NCBI GenBank assembly: GCA_964644695.1
Contig: CAZXWN010000003.1
Coordinates: 186,001 to 250,000 of the forward strand
From: an uncultured bacterium
Lineage (GTDB): Bacteria; UBP4; UBA4092
Length of the DNA stretch: 64,000 nt
Reading direction: 5' to 3'
This document shows, piece by piece, positions 35,491 to 45,529 of this stretch (positions within the stretch are counted from its first letter, which is position 1; every line of letters begins with the position of its first letter). The translations under genes and the position numbers were made by a program. The notes beneath the pieces are model-generated. The model had not been told where the DNA came from. It saw nothing but the letters and a program-made list of their open reading frames with translations, and did not search any database.

Positions 35491-37047
35491 ATGCCTGAAA
35501 AATATAGTATCCAGGTAGAAGACCTTTCCAAGACGTATGGTCGAAAATATCGGCGTGGCGAGTATTCTACTATTAAGCAGGCTCTTACCCGGATGTTTCG
35601 TGCTCCTGATCAACAAGGTGCTGTTTCGCACCCGCCAGCTTTGCAAGGAATTAGTTTTAATGTTAATCCTGGGCAATTTATGGGAGTGGTTGGTAAGAAT
35701 GGTTCAGGTAAGAGTACTCTCCTGAAATTACTGGCAGGTGTTTTGAAGCCAGATACTGGAAGCGTTCATGTTAATGGAAGGGTTGCTGCCCTCTTAGAAC
35801 TGGGTGCCGGATTTCATCCTGAATTTTCCGGGCGTGAAAACATTTTTATTAATGCGGCCATTTTTGGTCTTAGTCGTCAGGAAATCAAAACCAAGTTTGA
35901 TGAGATTGTAGAGTTTTCTGAACTGGCCGACTATATTGATGAACCTGTCCGGACCTATTCCTCGGGTATGTATATGCGGCTGGCCTTTTCTGTCGCAACG
36001 CATGTAGATGCCGATGTGTTGCTGATTGATGAAGTTCTGGCGGTGGGGGATACCCGATTTGTCCAGAAATGTGAAGAACGGATGAGGCAATTCCGGCAAC
36101 AGGGAAAGACGATTATTTTAGTGACCCATGATATGGGGGCTGTGGAAAAATGGTGTGACTCTGCCCTTTTGTTATCTGGGGGACATTTGGTGTTGCAGGA
36201 TACACCCCAGAAAGTTATTGAACGATATATGGAGGAGATGGAAATTCTCCCGGAAGGTGTCTCTGCTTCAGATTTGACTCACCTGGACCAGACCATGCAG
36301 TTTAAAGCTGTGCCGGGTGACCGAAGTGTGTCACTCTCGTGGATTAATCCACCTATGAAGGATTTCCTGGCGGTAAAGATTCTCCGCCGGAACGATCGTT
36401 ATCCTCAACACCGGGAAGACGGATACCCTGTTTACTGGTATAACGGCAATACCTGTATTGATGGTAATCTGGATAATCAAGTCCCCTGTTATTATGCGGC
36501 ATTTGCGCATGACAAATATTTTCATTTCCTTCCTTCGGTTTGTGCGGAAGCTACTCCTGATAAACAGGAAAATCCCGTCACAGTCATGGAGCCTCAGGTG
36601 ACTCGATGGGGGAGTCGAGATGTTGTGATTGATTCAGTCCAGATGATAAGTGGGGGTAATGATATAGCGCAAGTTCCCATTAAAAGTGGAGATCCTGTCC
36701 GGATTATCATAAATTATTCAATTAAATCGAAGCTGACTCAGCGGCCCATATTTGGGTTTGGGCTTTTTCGGGCGGATGGCCTGGAATGTTGGGGAACTAA
36801 TACAGACTTGGATAAGGTGGAATATTCTGACATCCCGGAAACAGGAATTGTCTCTGTGGAAATATCAAGACTTGCTCTGTTGCCGGGAAATTACTGGTTG
36901 AATGTTGCAACCCATGACCCTGATCACCGGCCTTTTGATTATTGGACAAGGGCACTCACTTTTTCTGTTATCTCAGACCATAGGGATGCTGGAGTCTTTT
37001 GGGAACAGCATCAATGGATGATTAATCCAGGGACTGGTAAGAAATGA
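35491..37047 (+). CDS. wzt: ABC polysaccharide export ATPase (Wzt) with C-terminal carbohydrate-binding domain and an extra inserted domain
   Basis: GKNGSGKST, LELGAGFHPE, YSSGMYMRLAF, IDEVLAVGD; Wzt_C-like RWGS...LLPGNYWLNVA. Confidence 0.92.
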   Translation: MPEKYSIQVEDLSKTYGRKYRRGEYSTIKQALTRMFRAPDQQGAVSHPPALQGISFNVNPGQFMGVVGKNGSGKSTLLKLLAGVLKPDTGSVHVNGRVAALLELGAGFHPEFSGRENIFINAAIFGLSRQEIKTKFDEIVEFSELADYIDEPVRTYSSGMYMRLAFSVATHVDADVLLIDEVLAVGDTRFVQKCEERMRQFRQQGKTIILVTHDMGAVEKWCDSALLLSGGHLVLQDTPQKVIERYMEEMEILPEGVSASDLTHLDQTMQFKAVPGDRSVSLSWINPPMKDFLAVKILRRNDRYPQHREDGYPVYWYNGNTCIDGNLDNQVPCYYAAFAHDKYFHFLPSVCAEATPDKQENPVTVMEPQVTRWGSRDVVIDSVQMISGGNDIAQVPIKSGDPVRIIINYSIKSKLTQRPIFGFGLFRADGLECWGTNTDLDKVEYSDIPETGIVSVEISRLALLPGNYWLNVATHDPDHRPFDYWTRALTFSVISDHRDAGVFWEQHQWMINPGTGKK

Positions 37048-37751
37048 TGAAGTATCAAATAAAGAGCAAATATGTAATTTTCATTATTTTACTTTGTTCT
37101 ATCGTTTTTCTTTACGGGTGTGTATCAAAGAGTGAGAAGGCTCGGTATGAACTGGGTCGTCTAAAGATTCAGTACAGTTCAGAATCACTGGTAAAGTGTG
37201 TTCAATCTAATGATTATCAGGGTGTTCGTTTGTTACTAAAATCGGGGATTCATCCCAATACAAAAGATGTATCAGGCACCCCTGTATTGGTATTAGCCTG
37301 CCGACAAAAGGGATTAAAGTCTGTTCAAGCCCTTTTATCATTTGGAGCGGACCCGAACCAACCGGATTCCCAAGGAAATACTCCTCTGCATACTGCGGTT
37401 GAGAAAGATGACTTGGAAATCATACAGAACTTGCTAAATGCAGGCGCAAAACTGGATATTAAGAACTTAAACAATGAGACACCTCTTTATTCGGCATCTT
37501 GGAGAGGTAATCCTTTAGTTGTTCGTGAATTAGTAGATTGGAACGCTGGTGTGAATATTCCTAATGGGCAGGGTACGACTCCTCTGATGGTGGCTGCCTA
37601 TTTTGGAAGGAAAGACCCGGTAGTTATTCTATTAGAAAAAAATGCGGTACTACTGGCAAAAGACAGTTCCGGTAAATCGGCTTTGGACTATGCGATAGCC
37701 TCCAATTCTAAAGAAATTGCCAATATTCTGATGTTAGCAGGTGCAAAATAA
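37044..37751 (+). CDS. ankyrin-repeat lipoprotein
   Basis: Lipobox LYGC; GNTPLHTA, ETPLYSA and GTTPLMVA repeats. Confidence 0.9.
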   Translation: MMKYQIKSKYVIFIILLCSIVFLYGCVSKSEKARYELGRLKIQYSSESLVKCVQSNDYQGVRLLLKSGIHPNTKDVSGTPVLVLACRQKGLKSVQALLSFGADPNQPDSQGNTPLHTAVEKDDLEIIQNLLNAGAKLDIKNLNNETPLYSASWRGNPLVVRELVDWNAGVNIPNGQGTTPLMVAAYFGRKDPVVILLEKNAVLLAKDSSGKSALDYAIASNSKEIANILMLAGAK

Positions 37752-37789
37752 AGTCCGTAAAAGAAACTCTATTGGTTAGGAGAGATAAG

Positions 37790-38389
37790 ATGATGGGTCC
37801 AGAACATGAATTAACTCCTGAACAAATAATAGACCAGATACGAACAGTTCTGGAAAGCCAGTCTGTATCAACCTCTTCTGCTTCATCTTCACTGAGCAAT
37901 CTTCAGCAAAGTTGGGAACGGTTGATGCAGGTTTGGGGTCAGGGACAGGAAAGACCTTTCATGTCTCATCGAGGTGGCCTGGGTATTCTGATTGTTCTCT
38001 ATAAGAAACTAACCCATCCTTTTATAAAACCTCCTTTGTCTGGACATCTGGATGCACAGAAAGAGATGAATCAGGTCTTTTTTGACTTCATGGTAAATGT
38101 TAAAGGAACCCTTGAATCTTTTGATCGTGAAAATAAAGAGTTGAAATCTATTCTGTTGGACATTTCCGGGCAGATAGAGAAACTGGAACTTCAGTACAGT
38201 GCCAGGGAGAAATCTTTAGATGACAAACTGGCGATGGTTTCAGGTGAAGTGATGAATAATGCAACAATTACTGCAACTCAGATGAATGACATGCAATACC
38301 GAGTGGATCATCTTTATAACCATTTGGATCATAAGTTAACGGATTTAGAACAGCGTGTTGTCCAAGAATCTCAAGAGAAGGAACGGTAA
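37790..38389 (+). CDS. hypothetical coiled-coil protein in glycan locus
   Basis: AGGAG SD; SHR..LG..IV..KK and Q.EMN segment followed by heptad-rich region. Confidence 0.75.
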   Translation: MMGPEHELTPEQIIDQIRTVLESQSVSTSSASSSLSNLQQSWERLMQVWGQGQERPFMSHRGGLGILIVLYKKLTHPFIKPPLSGHLDAQKEMNQVFFDFMVNVKGTLESFDRENKELKSILLDISGQIEKLELQYSAREKSLDDKLAMVSGEVMNNATITATQMNDMQYRVDHLYNHLDHKLTDLEQRVVQESQEKER

Positions 38390-38392
38390 GAG

Positions 38393-41300
38393 ATGCGAAT
38401 TTATCAGATGGTTCCTGCTCTTGATTACGGAGATGCTGTCAGCAACGATGCCATACAGCTGCATCGTTATTTTCAGGCATTAGGACATGAATCTAAAATT
38501 TGTGCCATGTATCATGATCGACGGGTCAAAAAATATGTATCTCCCCTGAGTGATGCTGTTAAAGCTGGTCCTTCTGATATTCTTTTGTTTCACTTCCATT
38601 ATGATAATGACTTGATTCCCTATGCCGAAAGATTTCCGGGTCGGCGGATTGTTATTTACCATAACATTACGCCCGCGGAGTATTTCAAAGGTATTAATAA
38701 GGATGCTGTTTATCACTGCACACGGGGTCGGGAACAACTTTCGACGCTGGCACGAATCTTTGAGGTAGGGCTGGGAGATTCAGACTATAACCGTCAGGAA
38801 CTCCAACAGGTTGGGTTTCGGAAAACAAGCGTTCTGCCTATTGCTATGGATTTGGATGAGCTGTTAAACCGTACTCCGGATGCCGAAATGTTGCAGCAGT
38901 TCAAAGATGGGACGACCAACTTTCTTTTTATTGGACGGATAGCACCAAACAAAAAGCAAGATGAATTGATTCGATATTTTGCCGAATATCATCGGTTGAT
39001 AAATGGTTCTTCCCGTTTGATACTGGCGGGTAAGTTTCTTCAAGATGACCCCTATTATCTGAGTCTTCAGTCCATGATTCGTAAACTGGATTTAGAGAAA
39101 TTAGTTGTTTTCACGAATCAGGTGACGGATGAACAAATCGCCGCATTATATGCAAGTGCGCATGCTTTTATATGTTTGAGTGAACATGAAGGGTTCTGCG
39201 TCCCAATTGTAGAAAGTTTTGCTTTCAATATCCCCGTATTAGCTTTTGCTGCGGGTGGAATCCCGGAAGTCATGGGGCAGGGTGGAGTTCTGATTCAGGA
39301 TAAATCAACAGAATTAATTATTCACCAAATGCATGCCTTGGCAACAGATGAGAATGTTCGTAAGCAAGTAATTGAATTGCAGAAAAAAGAACTGCTCCGT
39401 TACCAGCCTGATTCCATACGAAAACAAGTTACCCAGGCGCTTGAATTTGCCATTCAACCGGTCACAGATGCAGATTTCAGTCAGAATGAAGACTTAAAGG
39501 TTTCTGTTGTGGTTTGTTCTGTGAAACGCCCGGAATTGTTACGGTTTACTCTCCGTGGATTAGCTTCCCAAACCTATTCTTACCTGGAAGTGATTATCGT
39601 TCATGACCCGGATGATTATGAAACATTAGAGGTCTTGGATGAATTTCCAACGGCCATACGAATCCCCACAAAAGCATTAAATCTTTCAGTCTCTCGTAAC
39701 CTTGGTTTAATGAATGCGACGGGGGATATTGTTGCATTTCAGGATGATGATGCTGTTGCCCATGAGTACTGGGTTTCTGACTTGGTAGAAGGATATCGGA
39801 ATCCCAAAGTGGGAGCGGTCGGCGGAATTGTTTATCTGGGTACAGATTACAGTCGGATTCAGTTTGCCAATGGATATATCAACCGGTATGGTCAGTCATT
39901 TCCTGTAAACGAAGTGTCCACACCTCGGCCTGATCCAGAAGGTGAGACCTTTAATTATCTAATGGGGACAAACTGTTCTTTCCGGAAAAGTCTTCTCATC
40001 CGATTAGGCGGTTTTGATGAGAATATTCATTTCTTTGCCGATGATGGGGATATGTGTATTCGGATTCTCCGACTGGGTTATGAGGTGTATCAACATCCTC
40101 GCGCTGTCATGCTGCATCATTTCGCCAAAGGTTTTATCCGTGAAGGAAAACATGACTGGCGTTGGGACATCATTATTCATGACAACCTGTATTTTGGAAT
40201 GAAACACCGAAACCAGAGTGCTTCTCGATCAATGATGTTTTTATTGCATCGGGTCATTCTAAGGTTTTGGATGAAAATATTTTTACAGCGTATGGATGCT
40301 CCGCCGGCTTCGGGCCAACCGGCTCGATTCAAAATTGCGGGTTTGAATCTGGGCGCGGTTAAACGATTTATGGGTGTGAAGCCCAAGTCTGTCTTATTCA
40401 AATTTTTCTACCGGCTGATAAAAGGTATTCTCTGGGGATTCCGGGATGGTCTCTGGAAAGGGCCTGTTCTTCATTCCATGGAGGAATTGACACCCAAGGG
40501 ACTGGCCTTCCATCCTTTCCATCGAGAGGGTCATTCACCGTTGATTCAGGTCGGAGAGAAACCTCTCCGTATTGTCATGGTCAGCCAGGATTATCCGCCT
40601 GCGGGTTTTGGGGGGATTGCTACTTACAGTCAGCAGCTGGCTCGTGAAATGGTAAGGCAAGGTCATGAAGTTCATGTGGTGACGCGGAGTTATGATGCGG
40701 ACTGGGATAAGGGCGTTCATGTCCATCCTCTGGATGCTGACCGGTCTATTCCTTTCTCAATAGCGCCAGGTTATACCGTGACAACAAAAAATCTCGGACA
40801 TGGTTTTGCGGTGAACCGATGTTTGAATAATTTATTTGGAAATAATCCCCCTGACATTGTGGAAGGTCCTATCTGGGATTATGAAGCCCTGGTTTATTCA
40901 CAAAAGAAAAGAGTTCCTCTGGTGACCCGGTTATCAACCCCCCTGCGGAAAATGATGAGTACCCACCAATGGCAGGCGGACCCAGATTTATTGCTCTCTG
41001 CAGGACTGGAGAAGAAACTTCTGGAACATTCGGATGGGATCATTGCGATTAGCCACAGTATTTTGGACACGATTGAATCTCTCTACTCTCCCGATTGGTC
41101 TTTGATTCCCCGCCAAATCCTGCCTCTGGGAGTCCCCGTCCCATCCGCTTCCAGATTAAAACCCGTTCGGCATGAAGAACGAATTAGAGTCCTTTTTGTA
41201 GGTAGATTGGAAAGAAGAAAAGGGTTGCACACTCTATTGGAAGCTTTACCGGAAATCTTTGCGGAATGTCCGAATATCGAAGTCATCCTGGCGGGTAAAG

Positions 41301-41755
41301 ATACCCCCGATTTTGTGACCGGTGAGTATTATGGAGACCAGTTCCGACGGGCGTATAGTCGAGAGCCTTGGGCTAACCAGGTCCAATTCCGGGGTGAAGT
41401 GGATGAGTTGACGAAATGGCAGCTATATGAAGATTGCGATATCTTTGTGGGGCCTTCCCTCTATGAGTCCTTTGGAATAATATTCCTTGAAGCCCAGGGA
41501 TTAGGAAAACCTGTGATTGCCTGCCGGGCTGGGGCTATGCCGGAAGTGGTTAAAGAGGGTGAAACAGGATTGCTGATTGAGCCGGAAAATGTGAAAGAAT
41601 TAGCCCAGGCTGTGATTCGATTGGCGAAAAATCCGGAATTACGGGAACAATTTGGGAAACAAGGCCGTCAGGCGGTGGAAGGATTTTTCTCTATCACGGC
41701 GGCTGCTGAGCGAACTATTGAATTCTACAAAACAATTATCCGAAAAACATCCTGA
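38393..41755 (+). CDS. three-domain glycosyltransferase GT4-GT2-GT4
   Basis: SEHEGFCVPIVE (GT4); VSVVV, SRNLG and FQDDDA (GT2); YPP..GGIATY and PSLYESFGIIFLEA (GT4). Confidence 0.92.
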   Translation: MRIYQMVPALDYGDAVSNDAIQLHRYFQALGHESKICAMYHDRRVKKYVSPLSDAVKAGPSDILLFHFHYDNDLIPYAERFPGRRIVIYHNITPAEYFKGINKDAVYHCTRGREQLSTLARIFEVGLGDSDYNRQELQQVGFRKTSVLPIAMDLDELLNRTPDAEMLQQFKDGTTNFLFIGRIAPNKKQDELIRYFAEYHRLINGSSRLILAGKFLQDDPYYLSLQSMIRKLDLEKLVVFTNQVTDEQIAALYASAHAFICLSEHEGFCVPIVESFAFNIPVLAFAAGGIPEVMGQGGVLIQDKSTELIIHQMHALATDENVRKQVIELQKKELLRYQPDSIRKQVTQALEFAIQPVTDADFSQNEDLKVSVVVCSVKRPELLRFTLRGLASQTYSYLEVIIVHDPDDYETLEVLDEFPTAIRIPTKALNLSVSRNLGLMNATGDIVAFQDDDAVAHEYWVSDLVEGYRNPKVGAVGGIVYLGTDYSRIQFANGYINRYGQSFPVNEVSTPRPDPEGETFNYLMGTNCSFRKSLLIRLGGFDENIHFFADDGDMCIRILRLGYEVYQHPRAVMLHHFAKGFIREGKHDWRWDIIIHDNLYFGMKHRNQSASRSMMFLLHRVILRFWMKIFLQRMDAPPASGQPARFKIAGLNLGAVKRFMGVKPKSVLFKFFYRLIKGILWGFRDGLWKGPVLHSMEELTPKGLAFHPFHREGHSPLIQVGEKPLRIVMVSQDYPPAGFGGIATYSQQLAREMVRQGHEVHVVTRSYDADWDKGVHVHPLDADRSIPFSIAPGYTVTTKNLGHGFAVNRCLNNLFGNNPPDIVEGPIWDYEALVYSQKKRVPLVTRLSTPLRKMMSTHQWQADPDLLLSAGLEKKLLEHSDGIIAISHSILDTIESLYSPDWSLIPRQILPLGVPVPSASRLKPVRHEERIRVLFVGRLERRKGLHTLLEALPEIFAECPNIEVILAGKDTPDFVTGEYYGDQFRRAYSREPWANQVQFRGEVDELTKWQLYEDCDIFVGPSLYESFGIIFLEAQGLGKPVIACRAGAMPEVVKEGETGLLIEPENVKELAQAVIRLAKNPELREQFGKQGRQAVEGFFSITAAAERTIEFYKTIIRKTS

Positions 41756-41892
41756 TGGATGGCATGGTCTTGATGGTTGTTTTTAATGTGGGTTAATAAA
41801 TAAAAAGGTCTATACTATTCACAATGTCTTTTGTATATTATGAGATTTAGCAATGTAAATTGACAAAAAAGATGCAGAAAGGAAATTGAAAA

Positions 41893-42588
41893 GTGAGAAA
41901 ACGTAGGTGGATTTTAGTGTCTTTATTAGCGGTAACGGTGTTACTGGGGGGGTGCAAGAATAAAAAAGAAGTCGCTCGCTATGAGTTGGGGAAACTCGGT
42001 GTTGAGTATAGTCCTGAATCACTCATGAAATGCGCCCGTTATGATGATTATTTACCCATCAAGTTCATGTTAAAAGCGGGTATTAATCCAAATCAAAAAG
42101 ATGCAGAAGGTAACTCCGCTTTAATGATTGCTATCAATAATCGTTGTTCACGCGCTGTCGTTCAGTTGGTGAAAGGTGGCGTTGATATTAAACAGGTGGA
42201 TAATGCGGGCAACACTCCGCTTCATTTGGCGGTGAATACTGAATCTGTTGACATGGTCCAAGTGCTTTTGAATGCGGGTGCCCCAATTGATGTTCGAAAT
42301 AATGAAGGTGCTACCCCTCTATACTGTGCATCGTGGAGAGGTCAGGATTCTATTGTTAAAGAATTATTGAATCGTAATGCCAGTGTGAATATCGCCAATA
42401 ATAACGGCACGACTCCTTTGATGGCGGCGGCTTATTTCGGCCGGACACAAACAGTGAAGTACTTGATCGTTAAAAATGCAGACTTGGTGGCGAGAGACAG
42501 TACCGGCAAAACCGCTCTTGGGTATGCTACGGAATCTAAAGCTGAAGATATTGTTCGGATACTTGAAGCCTCCAACGCTAAGATGTAA
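41893..42588 (+). CDS. ankyrin-repeat lipoprotein (paralogue of 37044..37751)
   Basis: Lipobox LGGC; shared ARYELG.L...YS.ESL.KC; TPLH, TPLY and TPLM repeats. Confidence 0.9.
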   Translation: MRKRRWILVSLLAVTVLLGGCKNKKEVARYELGKLGVEYSPESLMKCARYDDYLPIKFMLKAGINPNQKDAEGNSALMIAINNRCSRAVVQLVKGGVDIKQVDNAGNTPLHLAVNTESVDMVQVLLNAGAPIDVRNNEGATPLYCASWRGQDSIVKELLNRNASVNIANNNGTTPLMAAAYFGRTQTVKYLIVKNADLVARDSTGKTALGYATESKAEDIVRILEASNAKM

Positions 42589-42665
42589 CAGATTATTAGT
42601 TTATTTTGACCCCATTATCTTGTAGTATAGGTAATGGGGTTAATTTATTTATAAAGGCAGGTTGT

Positions 42666-44324
42666 ATGGTTGCTAATAGTAATGAGAATAATACAGATAA
42701 AGGGAATGCAGCTTGGCTATGGCCAATCGGTTTGGTCTTTATTGCATTTATTGTATTAGGTTTTCAGTTAGGCCAATTACCCTTATTAGACCGCGATGAG
42801 ACCCGGTACACCTGGATGGCGAAGGTGATGTTGGAAAAAAGCGATTGGGTGGTCACCTGGTTAAATCATCAACCCCATTTGGCAAAGCCGCCTTTATTTG
42901 TCTGGTTATTAACCGGTGTTTTTAAAGTATTTGGTATTTCAGCCTGGTCAGCTCGATTGGTTCCATTAGCGGCTGGTGTCGGAACGGTGTTACTGACCTA
43001 TGCGGCAGGGACATTGCTTTGGAATCGGAGAACGGGCTTTATGGCAGGACTGATTTTAATATTCAGTCCATTATTCTGGGGATTATCCCGATTTGTTGTC
43101 ACCGATATGACTCTGACACTTTGGACAACCTTAGGGATTGTCAGTTTTCTGTATGCCATTCATCGGCAGCAATACAATCTTTGTTATCTGGCGTATGCCG
43201 CATGGGGGTTGGCTTTTTTGACCAAAGGTCCGGTCGGAGTGGCAATTCCACTTTTCATTATTATTGCCTATATGGTGAGGTTGGGTATTTGGCGTCAATG
43301 GCGATTATATAAGCCTTTTACCGGTTTATTGGTTTTCCTTGCGGTGGCGATTCCGTGGTACATTCTGGTTGAATTCAGAATCCCCGGATATTTGAAATAT
43401 TTCTTTATAGAAGAAAACCTGCTTCGTTTTGCAACGAAGATGCACAAGCGATATGAACCCTTCTGGTTCTTTGTACCCGTCGTGATATTAGGGATGTTCC
43501 CCTGGACATTGTTATTGTGGCAGGCCATTCGACCCAAAGACGGAAAAACCTGGCTGCAGCATTTACTTCAACCCACTCTGTTTCTATGCCTGTTCTGGTT
43601 TGGTGTGGGATTTGTTTTGTTTTCTATGTCTGGCTCAAAATTACCGACTTACATCCTTCCTTATTTGATACCCTTGGCATTACTCCTTGGCGCTGTCATA
43701 GATCAGGGATGGTCGGGAAGAAAAATATCCTATTGGGGAATTATCAGTATATGCCTGGTCGTATCTGTGGGTTTATTGGCGGCAGGCTATCTGATTCCCG
43801 TCGCAAAATTAGGAAAAAATGCCGCGAATACTGTCAGTTGGCCTATGACTCCAGAAGCCGTGATATTAGGGGTTATGGGGGTGTTTCTGAGTGTATTGGT
43901 CTATATTCGGAAATCTCACTGGGGTGTTCTGGTTATGGCGGTGGGGATATTCCTTTTGATAGTTCATGCGGCACTGCTTGATGAGGGAATGAAGTTTGCA
44001 CAAAGTAATTCGGCTCGGAAAACGGGAGCCTATCTTCGCTCAACCCTAAAAAGAGGTGATACGATTCTGGTTTATCATCCTCACCGATGGTCTATGTCTG
44101 TGGAAGTTCCCTCAATTTATCCTGTCACTTATGAACCAGACCTTTTTGTGATTAATAGTCAGTTAAGGTCCATTCATGGCCGGGTTTTTGTCTGGTTACG
44201 AAAACCGAAAGATTTATCTGATTTGAACCGGATATATGACGGTCCACTGACGACTCTCGTACAGGAAGGCAACCAGCTGTTAGTCATGAAACCGGCGGTG
44301 TACTCTCAGGATTTGACAAACTAA
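42666..44324 (+). CDS. ArnT-like GT-C glycosyltransferase
   Basis: LDRDETRY, KPPLFVW, AFLTKGPVG and SKLPTYILP; many TM helices. Confidence 0.88.
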   Translation: MVANSNENNTDKGNAAWLWPIGLVFIAFIVLGFQLGQLPLLDRDETRYTWMAKVMLEKSDWVVTWLNHQPHLAKPPLFVWLLTGVFKVFGISAWSARLVPLAAGVGTVLLTYAAGTLLWNRRTGFMAGLILIFSPLFWGLSRFVVTDMTLTLWTTLGIVSFLYAIHRQQYNLCYLAYAAWGLAFLTKGPVGVAIPLFIIIAYMVRLGIWRQWRLYKPFTGLLVFLAVAIPWYILVEFRIPGYLKYFFIEENLLRFATKMHKRYEPFWFFVPVVILGMFPWTLLLWQAIRPKDGKTWLQHLLQPTLFLCLFWFGVGFVLFSMSGSKLPTYILPYLIPLALLLGAVIDQGWSGRKISYWGIISICLVVSVGLLAAGYLIPVAKLGKNAANTVSWPMTPEAVILGVMGVFLSVLVYIRKSHWGVLVMAVGIFLLIVHAALLDEGMKFAQSNSARKTGAYLRSTLKRGDTILVYHPHRWSMSVEVPSIYPVTYEPDLFVINSQLRSIHGRVFVWLRKPKDLSDLNRIYDGPLTTLVQEGNQLLVMKPAVYSQDLTN

Positions 44325-44384
44325 CTCCCCGAGATGGGTAATGAGTAATCCAGAGTGGGAGAATTCTTGTATATAATTAAAGAT

Positions 44385-45221
44385 ATGAATAAGAAAAATA
44401 AAATGTATTTTTTCAGGGTAGGGCTTTTTTTATCGGTGTTATTGCTATGCATATTTCCCGCTATCGCAGAAACCCTTTCAAATGACATTGGTAAATATTA
44501 TGAATCTGAAAAATTGCCTTACCGGGTCAGTATTTTCCCCATCTTTAATGCGGCCGATGCGGATTTTACCTTTGTTAAAGACAATTCGGTAAAAAATGGC
44601 TATGTTGCCAGGCTGGATGCCCGAACCAGCGGTTTGTTAAAAGCTCTTCCTTTTGGACAGGTGCGGCAGGTCCTGACTTCCCATATGATTCTTTCTCCAG
44701 ACCATAAACGGTTGATTTCGCGTCGGTTTGAAAATGTCATTTATCGTAATGGTCGTGAATCCCGCCGGATCATCTCTGAATTTGATTATCAGAAAAAGAC
44801 CTCATCATGGACCAAATACAAAGAAGGAAAACTAAACAGTCAGGGAACGAAAGAGTTTCCCAAAGAGAAGTACTATGACGATCCGCTATGTGCCTTTTAT
44901 AATCTTCGATTTGGAGTCTATGGAGATTTTGAGAAGGGTAAAAAGATGACAGTCAGTGTGTTACCGCAAAATAAGGAAAAAACAATCACCTTAAATTTTG
45001 CTTCTCAGAAAGAACTCAATGAACGGAAACGGACCGAGAGAGAGTATGCGGCCCGGGAATACATGGTCATTGTGAATGCCTCGGATGAAGTGTTTCAGAA
45101 TCGTTCCGGAAAAATTGAGATTTGGTTTTCCAAGGATAGAATTCCACTGGAGGCCTCTGTTCGAGGTGTCTTGTATGTGGGAAATGTCCGGGGATATTTA
45201 CAGCAGGATAAATTAAAATAA
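44385..45221 (+). CDS. DUF3108-like secreted beta-sheet protein
   Basis: Signal peptide; EKLPYRVS, DPLCAFYNLR and IEIWFSKDRIP. Confidence 0.7.
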   Translation: MNKKNKMYFFRVGLFLSVLLLCIFPAIAETLSNDIGKYYESEKLPYRVSIFPIFNAADADFTFVKDNSVKNGYVARLDARTSGLLKALPFGQVRQVLTSHMILSPDHKRLISRRFENVIYRNGRESRRIISEFDYQKKTSSWTKYKEGKLNSQGTKEFPKEKYYDDPLCAFYNLRFGVYGDFEKGKKMTVSVLPQNKEKTITLNFASQKELNERKRTEREYAAREYMVIVNASDEVFQNRSGKIEIWFSKDRIPLEASVRGVLYVGNVRGYLQQDKLK

Positions 45222-45303
45222 TTTTTTCACCTCTTTTTTGCCCCTCCAGCTTCAGTTAAAACTACTACTTTGTAATATCTTTCTTGTATCTTCTCTTCGA
45301 AGC

Positions 45304-45336
45304 ATCCACGGACTTGCTCGGAATAGCTCCGTGGAT
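45304..45336. repeat. 33-bp REP-like palindrome, copy 4
   Basis: ATCCACGGA-CTTGCTCGGAATAGC-TCCGTGGAT; stem extends with AAGC/GCTT. Confidence 0.8.
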
Positions 45337-45447
45337 GCTTTGATATCCAATGAGAGTTGTATTCATTCCATTCTTATATTGTATTGTTGCTTTGGAAGGG
45401 TTGTGGAAAATGAGATTTGTGCAATCGGGTTATTTTTATAATAATAA

Positions 45448-45477
45448 TTGACACTTTCGTTGGAAAATGATTATACT
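45448..45477 (+). promoter_or_regulatory. sigma70-type promoter of pilin-like gene 1
   Basis: TTGACA-N18-TATACT. Confidence 0.55.
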
Positions 45478-45529
45478 TTAAGCGTTAATCGTATTGGTGT
45501 AAGTTTTGATGAGAACGGAGGTGACTTTT

